A DNA stretch of 61,781 nt, filler included, from Candidatus Tectimicrobiota bacterium (GTDB lineage Bacteria > JACPSX01): NCBI GenBank assembly GCA_016193065.1. It is 8 parts of 8 records of this genome, joined end to end, with 100 filler letters (N's around TTAATTAATTAA, not from the genome) between each part and the next. Parts side by side here need not be neighbours in the genome. Positions count along the whole stretch, not along the records: positions 29,505 to 36,359 come from JACPSX010000095.1; positions 36,460 to 45,941 come from JACPSX010000221.1; 6 more parts are not named here. One strand, given 5' to 3'. A model generated the notes under the pieces. That model saw only the letters and a program-made list of their open reading frames with translations. It had not been told where the DNA came from and did not search any database. Made by a program: the position numbers and the translations under genes. Of the stretch, positions 31,377 to 40,083 are shown in pieces; positions within the stretch are counted from its first letter, which is position 1; the number at the start of each line of letters is the position of its first letter.

Positions 31377-32512
31377 CCCTCTCCTGAGTCCAGTCCGGCA
31401 ATTGCCGAGTCCCCCCAGCCCGGAAGAGGGAATACAACCCCGAAGGTCGCGCCCTCCCCGGCAACGCTCTCGACCTGGATAGTCCCCCCGTGAGCTTTAA
31501 CGATCCCGTAAGAGACAGACAGGCCCAGCCCGGTGCCATGACCTTCCTTCTTGGTCGTAAAGAAGGGTTCAAAGATATGCTTCACGATCCCCGGCTCGAT
31601 CCCGCTGCCGTTGTCCTTGAAAAAGATCGATACCGTCTTGTCTCCACGACGGGTCTCAAGCTGATTCTTAAGGAAGGCCAGCGTTTTCTCCACAACCTCG
31701 CCAATGTCCACCTCCTGATCCAGGGAAGGTTTGGCGCGGTGCATCTCCAGCAACTGGCGGACGATGCGGGAGATCCTTTCCACGCTCTCCTGGAGCAATC
31801 CGACGTATTCCCGATGAGGATGTTCCGGCGGGATTTCCCGCCACAAGACTCCCAGGAAGTTTTCCATGGCCTGCAAGGGGTTATTGATCTCGTGAGCCAC
31901 GCTGGCCGCCAGCCTGCCCACGGCGGCCAGCTTGGCGGATTGCACCAACTGTTCCTGGAGCCCCTCGAGCTGGCGGGATCTTTCCTCCACCCGGCTCTCC
32001 AGATCCCGGTTGAGGGCCGTAAGCTCGGCGATCTTCTCCTCCAACCGGTTCACCAGCCGGCTGCTGTATTCCCTCAGGTAGTGAACCTCCTCCTGGTCGG
32101 GGATTTGCTCGGTTTTCCCGGTCAGAAACTCTCGAAGCTGGCGGGGGAACTTCTCGATATCGATGGGTTTTCCCAGATACCCCGTGCACCCGCATGCCAG
32201 GCTTCTCTCCCGGTCCCCTGCGCTCACGTTGGCCGTGAGGGCCACAATAGGGACTCCGCGGAGCTCCTCCATTCCCCTCATCTTGGTGGAGGCCTCGTAG
32301 CCGTCCATCCCCGGAATGTTGATGTCAACCAGGATCAGGTCAGGCTTAATTTCCCGGGCCATGGCGATGCCCGCGATCCCGTCGGCGGCTCCATAGACCA
32401 CATAACCGTGGGGTTCGAGAACACGCTGCACGAGCAAAAAATTATCCCGGTTATCCTCAATATAAAGGACCTTCTTGGCCGGCACCTTTCCGGCAGACCC
32501 GTTCTCTTTCAA
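31373..32512 (-). CDS. hybrid REC-HisKA-HATPase protein lacking the N-box segment
   Basis: YIEDNRDN, DINIPGMDG REC; AHEINNPL H-box; DNGSG, FEPFFTTK, GTGLGL present; N-box missing near 31655; start uncertain. Confidence 0.82.
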   Translation of the reverse strand: MKENGSAGKVPAKKVLYIEDNRDNFLLVQRVLEPHGYVVYGAADGIAGIAMAREIKPDLILVDINIPGMDGYEASTKMRGMEELRGVPIVALTANVSAGDRERSLACGCTGYLGKPIDIEKFPRQLREFLTGKTEQIPDQEEVHYLREYSSRLVNRLEEKIAELTALNRDLESRVEERSRQLEGLQEQLVQSAKLAAVGRLAASVAHEINNPLQAMENFLGVLWREIPPEHPHREYVGLLQESVERISRIVRQLLEMHRAKPSLDQEVDIGEVVEKTLAFLKNQLETRRGDKTVSIFFKDNGSGIEPGIVKHIFEPFFTTKKEGHGTGLGLSVSYGIVKAHGGTIQVESVAGEGATFGVVFPLPGWGDSAIAGLDSGEG

Positions 32513-32654
32513 AAGGACACCCCTTCCAGAGCGAACCGGCGGCAAATCGCAGTCCGTCCATTCTTACTCATCGAATTTCTCTGCAAGGACCTTGAGGAAG
32601 AAGGAAAATGAATCGGCGCTAAAGAGGGGGCGGGCTCCGGGCAGGCAGGACGTT

Positions 32655-33296
32655 TTAATGCAAGAGCTTACCCAGGCGACTCCAGCGGGGACCCGTCTTG
32701 TCACGGTCCCAGGACCAATAAATCAGGAACGCTTTCCCCTTAATTTCATCCGCTTTCAGAAACCCCCAGAACCGGCTGTCCTGGCTGTTGTCCCGGTTAT
32801 CCCCCATGACAAAATAGTGATTCGGAGGGATCACAGCGGGGCCGAAATAGTCCCGGGGGGAGGTCAGGCGCGGCAGGAGGGCGCTATCTTCATGCATTGT
32901 GAAGTTTTCCTGCAATGGCTTCCCGTTAATGTAAACCATCTTCTTGCGGACCTCCACCGTATCTCCGGGAAGACCGATGACCCGCTTGATGAAATCCCTG
33001 GTTTTGTCCTGGGGATATTTGAACACGATGATGTCGTCCCGGGTGAGATTGGCAAACCGGTAGAGGAATTTATTGACCAGAATGTGGTCGCCGATGAGAA
33101 GCGTGGGCACCATGGAGCCTGAGGGAATTTTGAAGGCCTGCACGACGAAGGTTCTTATGAACATGGCGAGGACCACCGCTATCAGAATGGCCTCGCCGTA
33201 TTCCCTCCAAACCGGCTTTTTCTTGCGGGGCTTCCCGCTCTGTTCCGCCGTCGCTATCCTCTCCACCGTTTTCGCATGTCGAGTGACTTGGGCCAT
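32655..33296 (-). CDS. lepB: signal peptidase I
   Basis: IPSGSMVPTL, FIKRVIGLPGD, MGDNRDNSQDSR. Confidence 0.96.
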   Translation of the reverse strand: MAQVTRHAKTVERIATAEQSGKPRKKKPVWREYGEAILIAVVLAMFIRTFVVQAFKIPSGSMVPTLLIGDHILVNKFLYRFANLTRDDIIVFKYPQDKTRDFIKRVIGLPGDTVEVRKKMVYINGKPLQENFTMHEDSALLPRLTSPRDYFGPAVIPPNHYFVMGDNRDNSQDSRFWGFLKADEIKGKAFLIYWSWDRDKTGPRWSRLGKLLH

Positions 33297-33302
33297 CGTT
33301 TC

Positions 33303-35105
33303 TCACCCTTCTTGGCGCTGCAGCAAGACCATGAAAGCTTCCTGAGGAATCTCCACCCTGCCCACTTGCTTCATCCGCTTTTTCCCTTCCCTTTGCTTCT
33401 CCAGCAGCTTGCGTTTCCGGGTAATGTCTCCCCCATAGCACTTGGCTGTCACGTTCTTGCGCAGGGCCTTGATGGACTCACGGGCAATAATACGACTGCC
33501 CACAGCCGCCTGCAAGACCACCTCGAAGAGCTGCCGGGGGATGACCTCTCTCATCCTCTGCACCATGTCCCGTCCCAGGTAGTAGGCTTTTTCCCGGGGA
33601 ACCAAGAGAGAGAGCGCATCCACCGCTTCGCCATTCACCAGAATGTCCAGCTTGACCAGGTCCCCGGTCCGCCAGTCAAGGGGCTCGTAATCCAGGGAGG
33701 CATATCCTCGGGTCAGGGACTTCAAGCGGTCGAAAAAGTTGTGCATGATCTCGTTCAGGGGGATCTCGTAGGTCAAGATGGCGGTGCGCTCGTCGAGATA
33801 CTCGAAGCTTTTCTGGATCCCACGCCGGTCTTGCAAGAGCTGAAATACCGCTCCCACAGAATCCGCCGGGGTGACGATCGTGGCCAGAACATAGGGCTCC
33901 CGGATTTCTTCGATTTCCTGGGGAGAAGGCATGCAGGCAGGGTTTTCAATCCGCACCGTCCCTTGCCCCCGGACCGCAACCTGGTAAACCACGGTGGGCG
34001 CCGTGGTGATCAGGGACAGGGAAAATTCCCTCTCCAGCCGCTCCTTGACGATTTCCATGTGGAGGAGCCCCAAAAAACCGCAGCGGAATCCGAAGCCGAG
34101 GGCCAGCGAGGTCTCGGGCTCATACGTGAAGCTGGAGTCGTTGAGCCTCAACTTCTCCAGCGAGGCCCGCAAAGACTCGAACTGGGAGTTCTCTGTCGGG
34201 TAGAGCCCGCAAAACACCATAGGCTTCAGATTCTTGTACCCCGGGAGCGCCCCGGCGTCAGGCCGGCCGGCTTCCGTGATGGTATCCCCCACCTCCGTAT
34301 CGCCGACCTGTTTGATTCCAGCGATCAGGTAGCCCACCTCTCCCGCACTGAGCTGGGGGAGAGGAGTGAGCTTGGGGCGGAGAATCCCCACTTCCTCCAC
34401 TTCGAAACACTTCCCGGAAGACATAAGCTGAATCACGGTGCCCTGCCTCACCTCCCCGTCAAACATCCGGATCAGCGCCACGACTCCCCGGTACGTGTCA
34501 AACCAGGAGTCGAAAATCAGGGCCTTGCAGGGCGCCTCGGGATTCCCGCGGGGTGCGGGGATCCGCGCGATGATGGCGGAGAGGATCTCTCGAACCCCCG
34601 ATCCGAGCTTGGCGCTGGCCAGAATCGCATCGCCCGCTTCAATCCCGAGAACCTCTTCGATTTGTCTCTTGATCCGGTCCGGATCGGCGTTGGGAAGATC
34701 GATCTTGTTGATCACCGGGATGACGGTGAGATGGTTTTCCGAGGCCAGGTAAGCGTTGGCCAGGGTTTGCGCTTGCACCCCCTGCACTGCATCAACAAGC
34801 AGGAGGGCACCCTCGCAGGCGGCCAGGCTGCGGGAAACCTCATACGTAAAGTCCACGTGCCCCGGCGTATCAATTAAATTCAGGATGTACGGTTCCCCCT
34901 CCTGGGGTTGGTACTTCATGCAGGCCGACTGAGCCTTGATGGTGATCCCTCTCTCCCGTTCCAGGTCCATCTGATCCAGGACCTGGTCTCTCATTTCCCG
35001 CGCAGGGATCGTCTCGGTCACCTCCAGGAGCCGGTCCGCCAGCGTGGACTTGCCATGGTCGATGTGGGCAATAATAGAGAAGTTCCTGATGTGAGCGATG
35101 GTCAT
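33303..35105 (-). CDS. lepA: elongation factor 4 (LepA)
   Basis: [40 protein letters not shown]. Confidence 0.98.
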   Translation of the reverse strand: MTIAHIRNFSIIAHIDHGKSTLADRLLEVTETIPAREMRDQVLDQMDLERERGITIKAQSACMKYQPQEGEPYILNLIDTPGHVDFTYEVSRSLAACEGALLLVDAVQGVQAQTLANAYLASENHLTVIPVINKIDLPNADPDRIKRQIEEVLGIEAGDAILASAKLGSGVREILSAIIARIPAPRGNPEAPCKALIFDSWFDTYRGVVALIRMFDGEVRQGTVIQLMSSGKCFEVEEVGILRPKLTPLPQLSAGEVGYLIAGIKQVGDTEVGDTITEAGRPDAGALPGYKNLKPMVFCGLYPTENSQFESLRASLEKLRLNDSSFTYEPETSLALGFGFRCGFLGLLHMEIVKERLEREFSLSLITTAPTVVYQVAVRGQGTVRIENPACMPSPQEIEEIREPYVLATIVTPADSVGAVFQLLQDRRGIQKSFEYLDERTAILTYEIPLNEIMHNFFDRLKSLTRGYASLDYEPLDWRTGDLVKLDILVNGEAVDALSLLVPREKAYYLGRDMVQRMREVIPRQLFEVVLQAAVGSRIIARESIKALRKNVTAKCYGGDITRKRKLLEKQREGKKRMKQVGRVEIPQEAFMVLLQRQEG

Positions 35106-35123
35106 CGTTGCAACTTCACCCGC

Positions 35124-35162
35124 AAACAAAAGGGGAGGAGCACCACGGATCTCCTCCCTTTC
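35124..35162 (-). terminator. intrinsic terminator-like hairpin between the OLE-like RNA and lepA
   Basis: Minus strand GGGAGGAG-10 nt-CTCCTCCC then CTTTTGTTT. Confidence 0.6.
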
Positions 35163-35199
35163 CCAGAGGTTGACACCGGCTGTATAAATACCTCTTTCC

Positions 35200-35580
35200 C
35201 GCCGGTGAGTCAACCCCTTTTGGACTCTCCCTTGCCGGCCCTAGGGTTGCGGCTCCGTAGGAAAGGGACCGCCTCCCGCCCTTCGCTTCACGCCTCCCGC
35301 AGCGGACCCTTACGGGGCGCCCAGGGCGGGAGCCCTCCGCTACCGCCTCCATGTTCATGCGGCAATTCGCGAGTTTCTACAGGCTACGCGGTTTCCCATC
35401 CCTGGCCGCTCCCGGTGGGTTCCCCCGCTGCTCCCGGCACTTCCGCTCAGGGCGGGAAGGTCGGCCCCTTCGTGGTCTCCTTCCGAGGGAGCTGCCCCCG
35501 TAGGCGATCTAAGGGGTTGCGAGGAAGAGGACTCTCAATCCCGGCTTGCTGACCCGCCGACGGCTGGTAACTCTCTCACG
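35200..35580 (-). ncRNA. candidate compact OLE-like large structured RNA
   Basis: No credible ORF. Ordered motifs UACCAGCCGUCGGCGG, GCAAGCCGGGAUU, CCUUAGAUCGCCUAC, GACCACGAAGG, GGAACC..GAUGGGAAACC and AGCCGCA resemble OLE conserved blocks as recalled; ends approximate. Confidence 0.6.
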
Positions 35581-35583
35581 GTG

Positions 35584-35991
35584 CTAAGCTGTCTCGGGCG
35601 ATCTTACGGTGTGCCGGTGCATGAAACCCACCAGGGCATCCCTATGCTCTTCGCGAATCAGCACAAAGGAGCCGACCGCTGCCACGATCTCCTCCCCGTT
35701 GTATTCCCTTACCATCATCCGGATCACCTTCACCACGGCCCGCACCGTCTCCCGCATCTCCGGGTGAACGATCTCCAGGTAGAGAAAAGTCCCAATCTCA
35801 ATCGTCCGATCCGTCAAGAAGGCAAGCCCGGCCCCGCTGAAGTTCACCCCCTGTCCTTCGCGCAGGGGTCCGAGCAGGTAGGAGGATTCTCCTTGCTTGA
35901 GAATCTCCCGGTAGTGGACAGGGATCTGCAGGTCAAGGCGAAAGAATGCTCGCCGGTTAGAGGATCCCACGTGAGTGGGGTTGATTCCCAT
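35584..35991 (-). CDS. PilZ-domain protein
   Basis: RRAFFR (RxxxR) and NFSGAG (D/NxSxxG). Confidence 0.85.
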   Translation of the reverse strand: MGINPTHVGSSNRRAFFRLDLQIPVHYREILKQGESSYLLGPLREGQGVNFSGAGLAFLTDRTIEIGTFLYLEIVHPEMRETVRAVVKVIRMMVREYNGEEIVAAVGSFVLIREEHRDALVGFMHRHTVRSPETA

Positions 35992-36001
35992 GTCTGCTCC
36001 C

Positions 36002-36359
36002 TTACTCTTTCAGAATAATCATTTCCACCCGACGGTTTCGGGCCCGGTTTTCCGGTGTCAGTTCAAACCGCGGCTTGTAACTGGCATAGCCCACCGCGGA
36101 GAAGCGCTGCGGGGGGAGACCGGTCTCTTCGATGAAAAACCGCACGACACTGCTGGCGCGGCCGCTGGAAAGCTCCCAGTTGGAAGGGTACTGGGGGGTG
36201 TTGATCGGCACGTCGTCCGTGTGGCCTTCCACCAGAACCTTGTACGGGACCCTTTTCAAGAGATCCGCCATGCGGAACAGGAAAGGCCGGAACCCCCCTT
36301 CGATTGCCGAGGTTCCAGACTCGAAGAGAACCCCCCCGCTGGCATAGAGGATAATCCCC
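36002..36359 (-). CDS. MotB/OmpA-family C-terminal domain (5'-truncated)
   Basis: VLFESG, VEGHTDDVPI, SNWELSSGRA, NRARNRRVE. Confidence 0.88.
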
Positions 36360-36459
36360 NNNNNNNNNNNNNNNNNNNNNNNNNNNNNNNNNNNNNNNNN
36401 NNNTTAATTAATTAANNNNNNNNNNNNNNNNNNNNNNNNNNNNNNNNNNNNNNNNNNNN

Positions 36460-36569
36460 AGGGAGGCTTGTGGAAACGTGAGCGATGGGAGTCGGACTGA
36501 GGCCCACCGGGAAACCTGTGGACGAGCCACCGGACCCTAAGGCTACGCGCGCCGCATTTCTATCCCGAT
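36460..36569 (+). mobile_element. 3' end (domain VI) of a group II intron, truncated by the contig edge
   Basis: GGGAGGCTTGTGGAAACGTG...GGACTGAGGCCC...GCCACCGGACCCTAA...GCGCGCC..TTCTATCCCGAT; terminal CTATCCCGAT with bulged-A geometry; domain V not visible. Confidence 0.6.
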
Positions 36570-36580
36570 CAGGAGGATCT

Positions 36581-36892
36581 ATGGAACTAATGTCCTGGCT
36601 TCTAGCGGGCGTTTTCGCTCTTGTCGCGTTCTGGCAATTCTCTGCAGCCAGAAGCGCCTACCGAAAGCTCAATACTCTTAACGAATACGTCCAGTTTTTG
36701 CTCTTTCAGCCGAAGGTCTATAACGATCACCGCGAGAAATTTCTTGGATTCGTGGCTGAAAAATCTATGGCAAGCGTTTCCGATCAAGCGATGGCTTCAT
36801 ATCAAGCGATCGAGAACATGGCAATCCAGTTAGAAGACAAAATACTGGTGGGGAATGTGGCAAGCCGCGGCCAACGTCAGGAGTCTCGATGA
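36581..36892 (+). CDS. hypothetical membrane-anchored protein (integron cassette ORF)
   Basis: AGGAGG RBS, N-terminal TM helix, lower GC, attC 7 bp after the stop. Confidence 0.7.
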   Translation: MELMSWLLAGVFALVAFWQFSAARSAYRKLNTLNEYVQFLLFQPKVYNDHREKFLGFVAEKSMASVSDQAMASYQAIENMAIQLEDKILVGNVASRGQRQESR

Positions 36893-36899
36893 CGCCCCT

Positions 36900-36959
36900 G
36901 CCTAACCCGCACCTGGAGTCCGACGCGCTGATGCGCGCGGCTCAGGCGCAACGTTTGCC
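36900..36959 (+). mobile_element. attC-like recombination site
   Basis: R'' GCCTAAC; L'' CTGGAG vs L' CTCAG (extrahelical G); inner GCGC/GCGC; R' GTTTGCC. Confidence 0.7.
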
Positions 36960-37062
36960 TGACCGCAGGCGGTCGCCGAGGCCATTGTCTCATTCCTATG
37001 CGAACTTTCCGATCTTCCGAAGCGTCCGTAAGATGCACGGTGGGTGAGAACGGAGCAACACT

Positions 37063-37623
37063 ATGAGTGTGGGAAGCCAAGTGGCCGACGCGATGAGAAA
37101 ACTCTCGGAGGACCGCTTCGAGGACGCGGTTGTTGCTGCGAGTGTTGCACTGTCAGCAACTGCACGGCTGGAGTATCCGACAGAAGGGGACAAATCGGCA
37201 TGCCGCAAGTTCTTGGAGCAGAGCCTCCCCATCATCAGTAAGATCGGCTGGGTGTCATTCGGTGTCTCGCAACCCATCAACTTCAGGTATCGACGGCTCG
37301 ATTCCAAAGCGACCGGCATCTGTGTCCGAACGATGCCGGAAATGCTTTATGACGTCGTGCGGTGCACAGCAGTTCACGAGGCGGGACTTCCCGACAACCT
37401 ACAGTTTACGAAGCAGTCCGTGATTCAGTTGGGGCCCGACGGAGAACTTGTATTACCGATCGACGTAATCATTGGACTGCTGATCGCGATTGTCGCGTCG
37501 CCGAAGAACGCCCACCAGCAAGCCGAAGGAGATCCGGTGTTTTCGTTCGGGGGGAAGAGCATCCGGGTCAATGAGTTGTGGAGAGAGCGAGGCAAGATTG
37601 CAGCGTTCATCGGAATAAAGTGA
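37063..37623 (+). CDS. hypothetical protein with HEPN-like R-x4-H motif (cassette ORF)
   Basis: GGAG RBS; LYDVVRCTAVHEA; lies between two attC-like sites. Confidence 0.65.
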   Translation: MSVGSQVADAMRKLSEDRFEDAVVAASVALSATARLEYPTEGDKSACRKFLEQSLPIISKIGWVSFGVSQPINFRYRRLDSKATGICVRTMPEMLYDVVRCTAVHEAGLPDNLQFTKQSVIQLGPDGELVLPIDVIIGLLIAIVASPKNAHQQAEGDPVFSFGGKSIRVNELWRERGKIAAFIGIK

Positions 37624-37691
37624 CGCCAGCCTCCTCGAGAAACACGCGGACATAGAAGGGGGTCGGGAGTCGATTCCAGATGAATAACATC

Positions 37692-37784
37692 GCCTAACGG
37701 ATGCGGTTGATCGGGCCGGCACAGCGACCTTCCGTGCTTCAACGTCACCTCAACCGGCCCGGCAACTGATCCTGAGCGTTAGCT
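37692..37784 (+). mobile_element. attC-like site (degenerate)
   Basis: GCCTAAC ... GGATGCGGTTGATCGGGCCGG / CCGGCCCGGCAACTGATCC ... GTTAGCT; R''-L'' spacer shortened. Confidence 0.62.
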
Positions 37785-37790
37785 GTCACG

Positions 37791-37913
37791 ATGTTCGACA
37801 CTGATCACGGGTTCTTGCAGAAGCTCAGGGGTCATGCGGCCCAAACCCGCACGTTTCTGAGCAACAAGATGAAGCCCGAGCGGGAACGCTCGGTGTGTCG
37901 CGGGTGGGGGTAG
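37791..37913 (+). pseudogene. truncated cassette ORF resembling the N-terminus of DUF1780 putative endonucleases
   Basis: MFDTDHGFLQKLRGHAAQTRTFLSNKMKPERERSVCR starts 6 bp after attC and is cut at a G-rich junction motif. Confidence 0.45.
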
Positions 37914-38023
37914 GGGGTAATGGGGTCAGGTCTTGACTCTTGGCATTTGGATCTGATCGAAGGGATCATGGCCCGTCCCTTACGGATTGACTACCATTAA
38001 GAAAGTGGAAAGGAGAATGCGCC

Positions 38024-38327
38024 ATGCGCATGAAGAACCCCCCGCATCCCGGCAGGATTGTCCGCCAGGAGTGCATTGAGCTCCTGGGCTTGACCGTAAC
38101 AGAGGCAGCGGAACACCTTGGCGTGACGCGACAGGCTCTGAACAACCTGGTGAACGAGAAGTCCGGGATTTCCCCGGAAATGTCCATACGGCTTTCCCAA
38201 GGCTTTCGGCAGCAGCCCGGAAGTGTGGCTTGGCATGCAGATGGAGTACGACCTTGCACAGGCCGAAAAAAGCGCCGGCAAGATCAAGGTGACTAGAATT
38301 ACCGCGACCCACCCGTCGCCGGGTTGA
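38024..38327 (+). pseudogene. higA: HigA family antitoxin, +1 frameshift near 38196
   Basis: PPHPGRIVR..LGVTRQAL..ISPEMSIRLS, then KAFGSSPEVWLGMQMEYDL in the next frame; upstream IDYH* remnant of higB. Confidence 0.8.
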
Positions 38328-39125
38328 TGGATTGGAAGTGAGTGTGTTGCGGTGAAAGTGTGCCGGGCGGTAGCCGGTCGTCACGCGGCAGTGTTATAAC
38401 CAGCTCGACGCCTTGACGACACCAGGCCCATTTGCAAATTCATCGCTGACAGCTATTTGACTGGTGGTCGGACATCGCTGTGTCGGACGCTGTCCCACCA
38501 ATGGAAAGGCCTCGTTGGCGATGGCTTTTGCAACATCTCCAAGTGCCGGATACTGTGTTGGCGCAGCAGCTCAAGCGAGAGCGGTTTCAACGGGAATTTG
38601 CTTCGGGAACGTTGGGAGGGAACCATTCTGCCTGTCGGCCGTAAACTCGGGAAAGGAGCCCGGTGGGTATTACATAATCACGGCAGGCTGTTCCGGTCGC
38701 TCCTCAGGGCCTACCTTGGCCGTGAGGCAACCGAGAAGGAAGCCGTCTGATTACTCTGGTCCGTTGACGAGAAACTCTTCGGGACAGGGACGAGGTCGCT
38801 CCAGGAAATGGTTCTGCGCCGACTTGGAAGAGCACCTCCATCCTGACCTTCCCCCTCGAGGGGGAAGGAATTCGACTAGACAATCCAGCTGTCGTGGTCC
38901 AGGATGCGGAAATACGTCGGCCTGGCGCGCAGATCAATCCCGCAGTTGTAGAGGCGCTGTTTGGTGTGGAATCTCTCTAAATATCAAAGGCGTGGAGCCG
39001 GCGCCTGCCACCTTACGCTCCACTGCGGCTTTAGGACAAGGGCCATGCCCCATTCTCCCGGTAGGTGATCACCATCTTGCATTCGGGGCGTGAGTGGCGA
39101 TATGCTATGTGAGGAGGACGACGCG

Positions 39126-39326
39126 GTGAAGATTGAGATCGAGCGTGAAGACGACGGTCGCTGGATTGCCGAAGTGCCCGACCTGCCCGGGGTCATGGCA
39201 TATGGAGAGACGCGTAAAGAAGCCATTGCGAAAGTTCAGGCCCTGGCCCTGAGAGTAATCGCCGACCGCCTTGACCATGGCGAAGCCATTCCGCAGCTCG
39301 ACGAACTCTTCACGGTGCCTGTGTGA
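39126..39326 (+). CDS. HicB-family antitoxin (short)
   Basis: EREDDGRWIAEVPDLPGVMAYGET; GAGGAGG RBS; TTGCAT-18-TATGCT upstream. Confidence 0.88.
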   Translation: MKIEIEREDDGRWIAEVPDLPGVMAYGETRKEAIAKVQALALRVIADRLDHGEAIPQLDELFTVPV

Positions 39327-39538
39327 CCGAGTGGCCTTCAAGCAAAGCGCGGCAGGTGCTGGCGGCCCTTCTGCAGATCGGCTGGACCATCAAGCGCGAG
39401 GCCAAAGGGTCCCACCGGGTTCTCTCCCGCCCAGGATGGCCGGACTATGTTTTCGCGTTTCACGATCGCGAGGAGATCGGACCGCGCATGCTCAGGCGAA
39501 TTGCCAAGCGGACCGGACTGAAACCGGAAGATCTGTAG
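39323..39538 (+). CDS. HicA-family toxin
   Basis: ALLQIGW..KGSHRVL..FHDREEIGPRML; GTGA overlap with hicB. Confidence 0.88.
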   Translation: MTEWPSSKARQVLAALLQIGWTIKREAKGSHRVLSRPGWPDYVFAFHDREEIGPRMLRRIAKRTGLKPEDL

Positions 39539-39737
39539 AACTGCCGAATCTGATTCCGCGCTTGAGGGTGCTATCCGCGCCGTAAGTGGGCACTGAGTCT
39601 TCTCTGGTAGGTGCGGCATCACATCCAGTCTCCGGGTTATTAAGGCCGGGAAACGCCGTTGACGGAAAACTCTTCGCCGCAGGGACGACATCGCTCCCGG
39701 AAGTGATTCCGCTCTGACTGGGAAGGACACCTCCATG

Positions 39738-39836
39738 CCTGCCTGCCCCGCTGGGGCGGTAGGCAGGTGTGACGCACAGGCAGGGGGCAGGCAGGCTGCC
39801 CTTCCCCGCACGCCCAGAGGGCACCCGGGGGGAAGG
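39738..39836. repeat. REP-like palindromic repeats
   Basis: CCTGCCTGCCCCGCTGGGGCGGTAGGCAGG, GACGCACAGGCAGG, CTTCCCCGCACGCCC..GGGCACCCGGGGGGAAGG. Confidence 0.65.
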
Positions 39837-40048
39837 AAGTGAGTTTCCGGTTGGCCGCGAAGGGAGCATCTCGGTCTAGCCGGTTCCCAGCCCGATGAAG
39901 ACGCGGCCAGCCAGCATGCTTCTTTGGAAGACGAACTCGCTCCCGGGCAGCACGCTCGGGAGGGGCCTCAATGAGCATAGAAGGCATGAAGCCGACGCGC
40001 TACGCGACGCTACGGATCGCCATGGTACAGGGTATTCTTACATCCCGG

Positions 40049-40077
40049 TTGACAAGCATCACGTGACAATTTACAGT
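40049..40077 (+). promoter_or_regulatory. higBA promoter with palindromic operator; probably leaderless transcript
   Basis: TTGACA-17 bp-TACAGT with TCACGTGA in the spacer; ATG 6 nt after the -10, no SD. Confidence 0.7.
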
Positions 40078-40083
40078 TGACGT

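Noticed and set aside
35491-35504. CCTACGGGGGCAGC on the minus strand resembles a 16S rRNA conserved site
   Set aside because: A 14-nt coincidence; the flanks show no 16S similarity.
35220-35575. RNase P RNA, tmRNA, SRP or 6S as the identity of the lepA-upstream RNA
   Set aside because: The plus strand has AGGAAAG and CCCGGCTT but lacks GAGGAAAGUCC and the other RNase P universal blocks. There are no tRNA-like tmRNA ends, no SRP domain IV motif and no 6S-type gene context.
38400-39000. ORFs 38457-38750 and 38464-39093
   Set aside because: No RBS or recognisable motifs. Probably a decayed cassette remnant whose identity I cannot determine.
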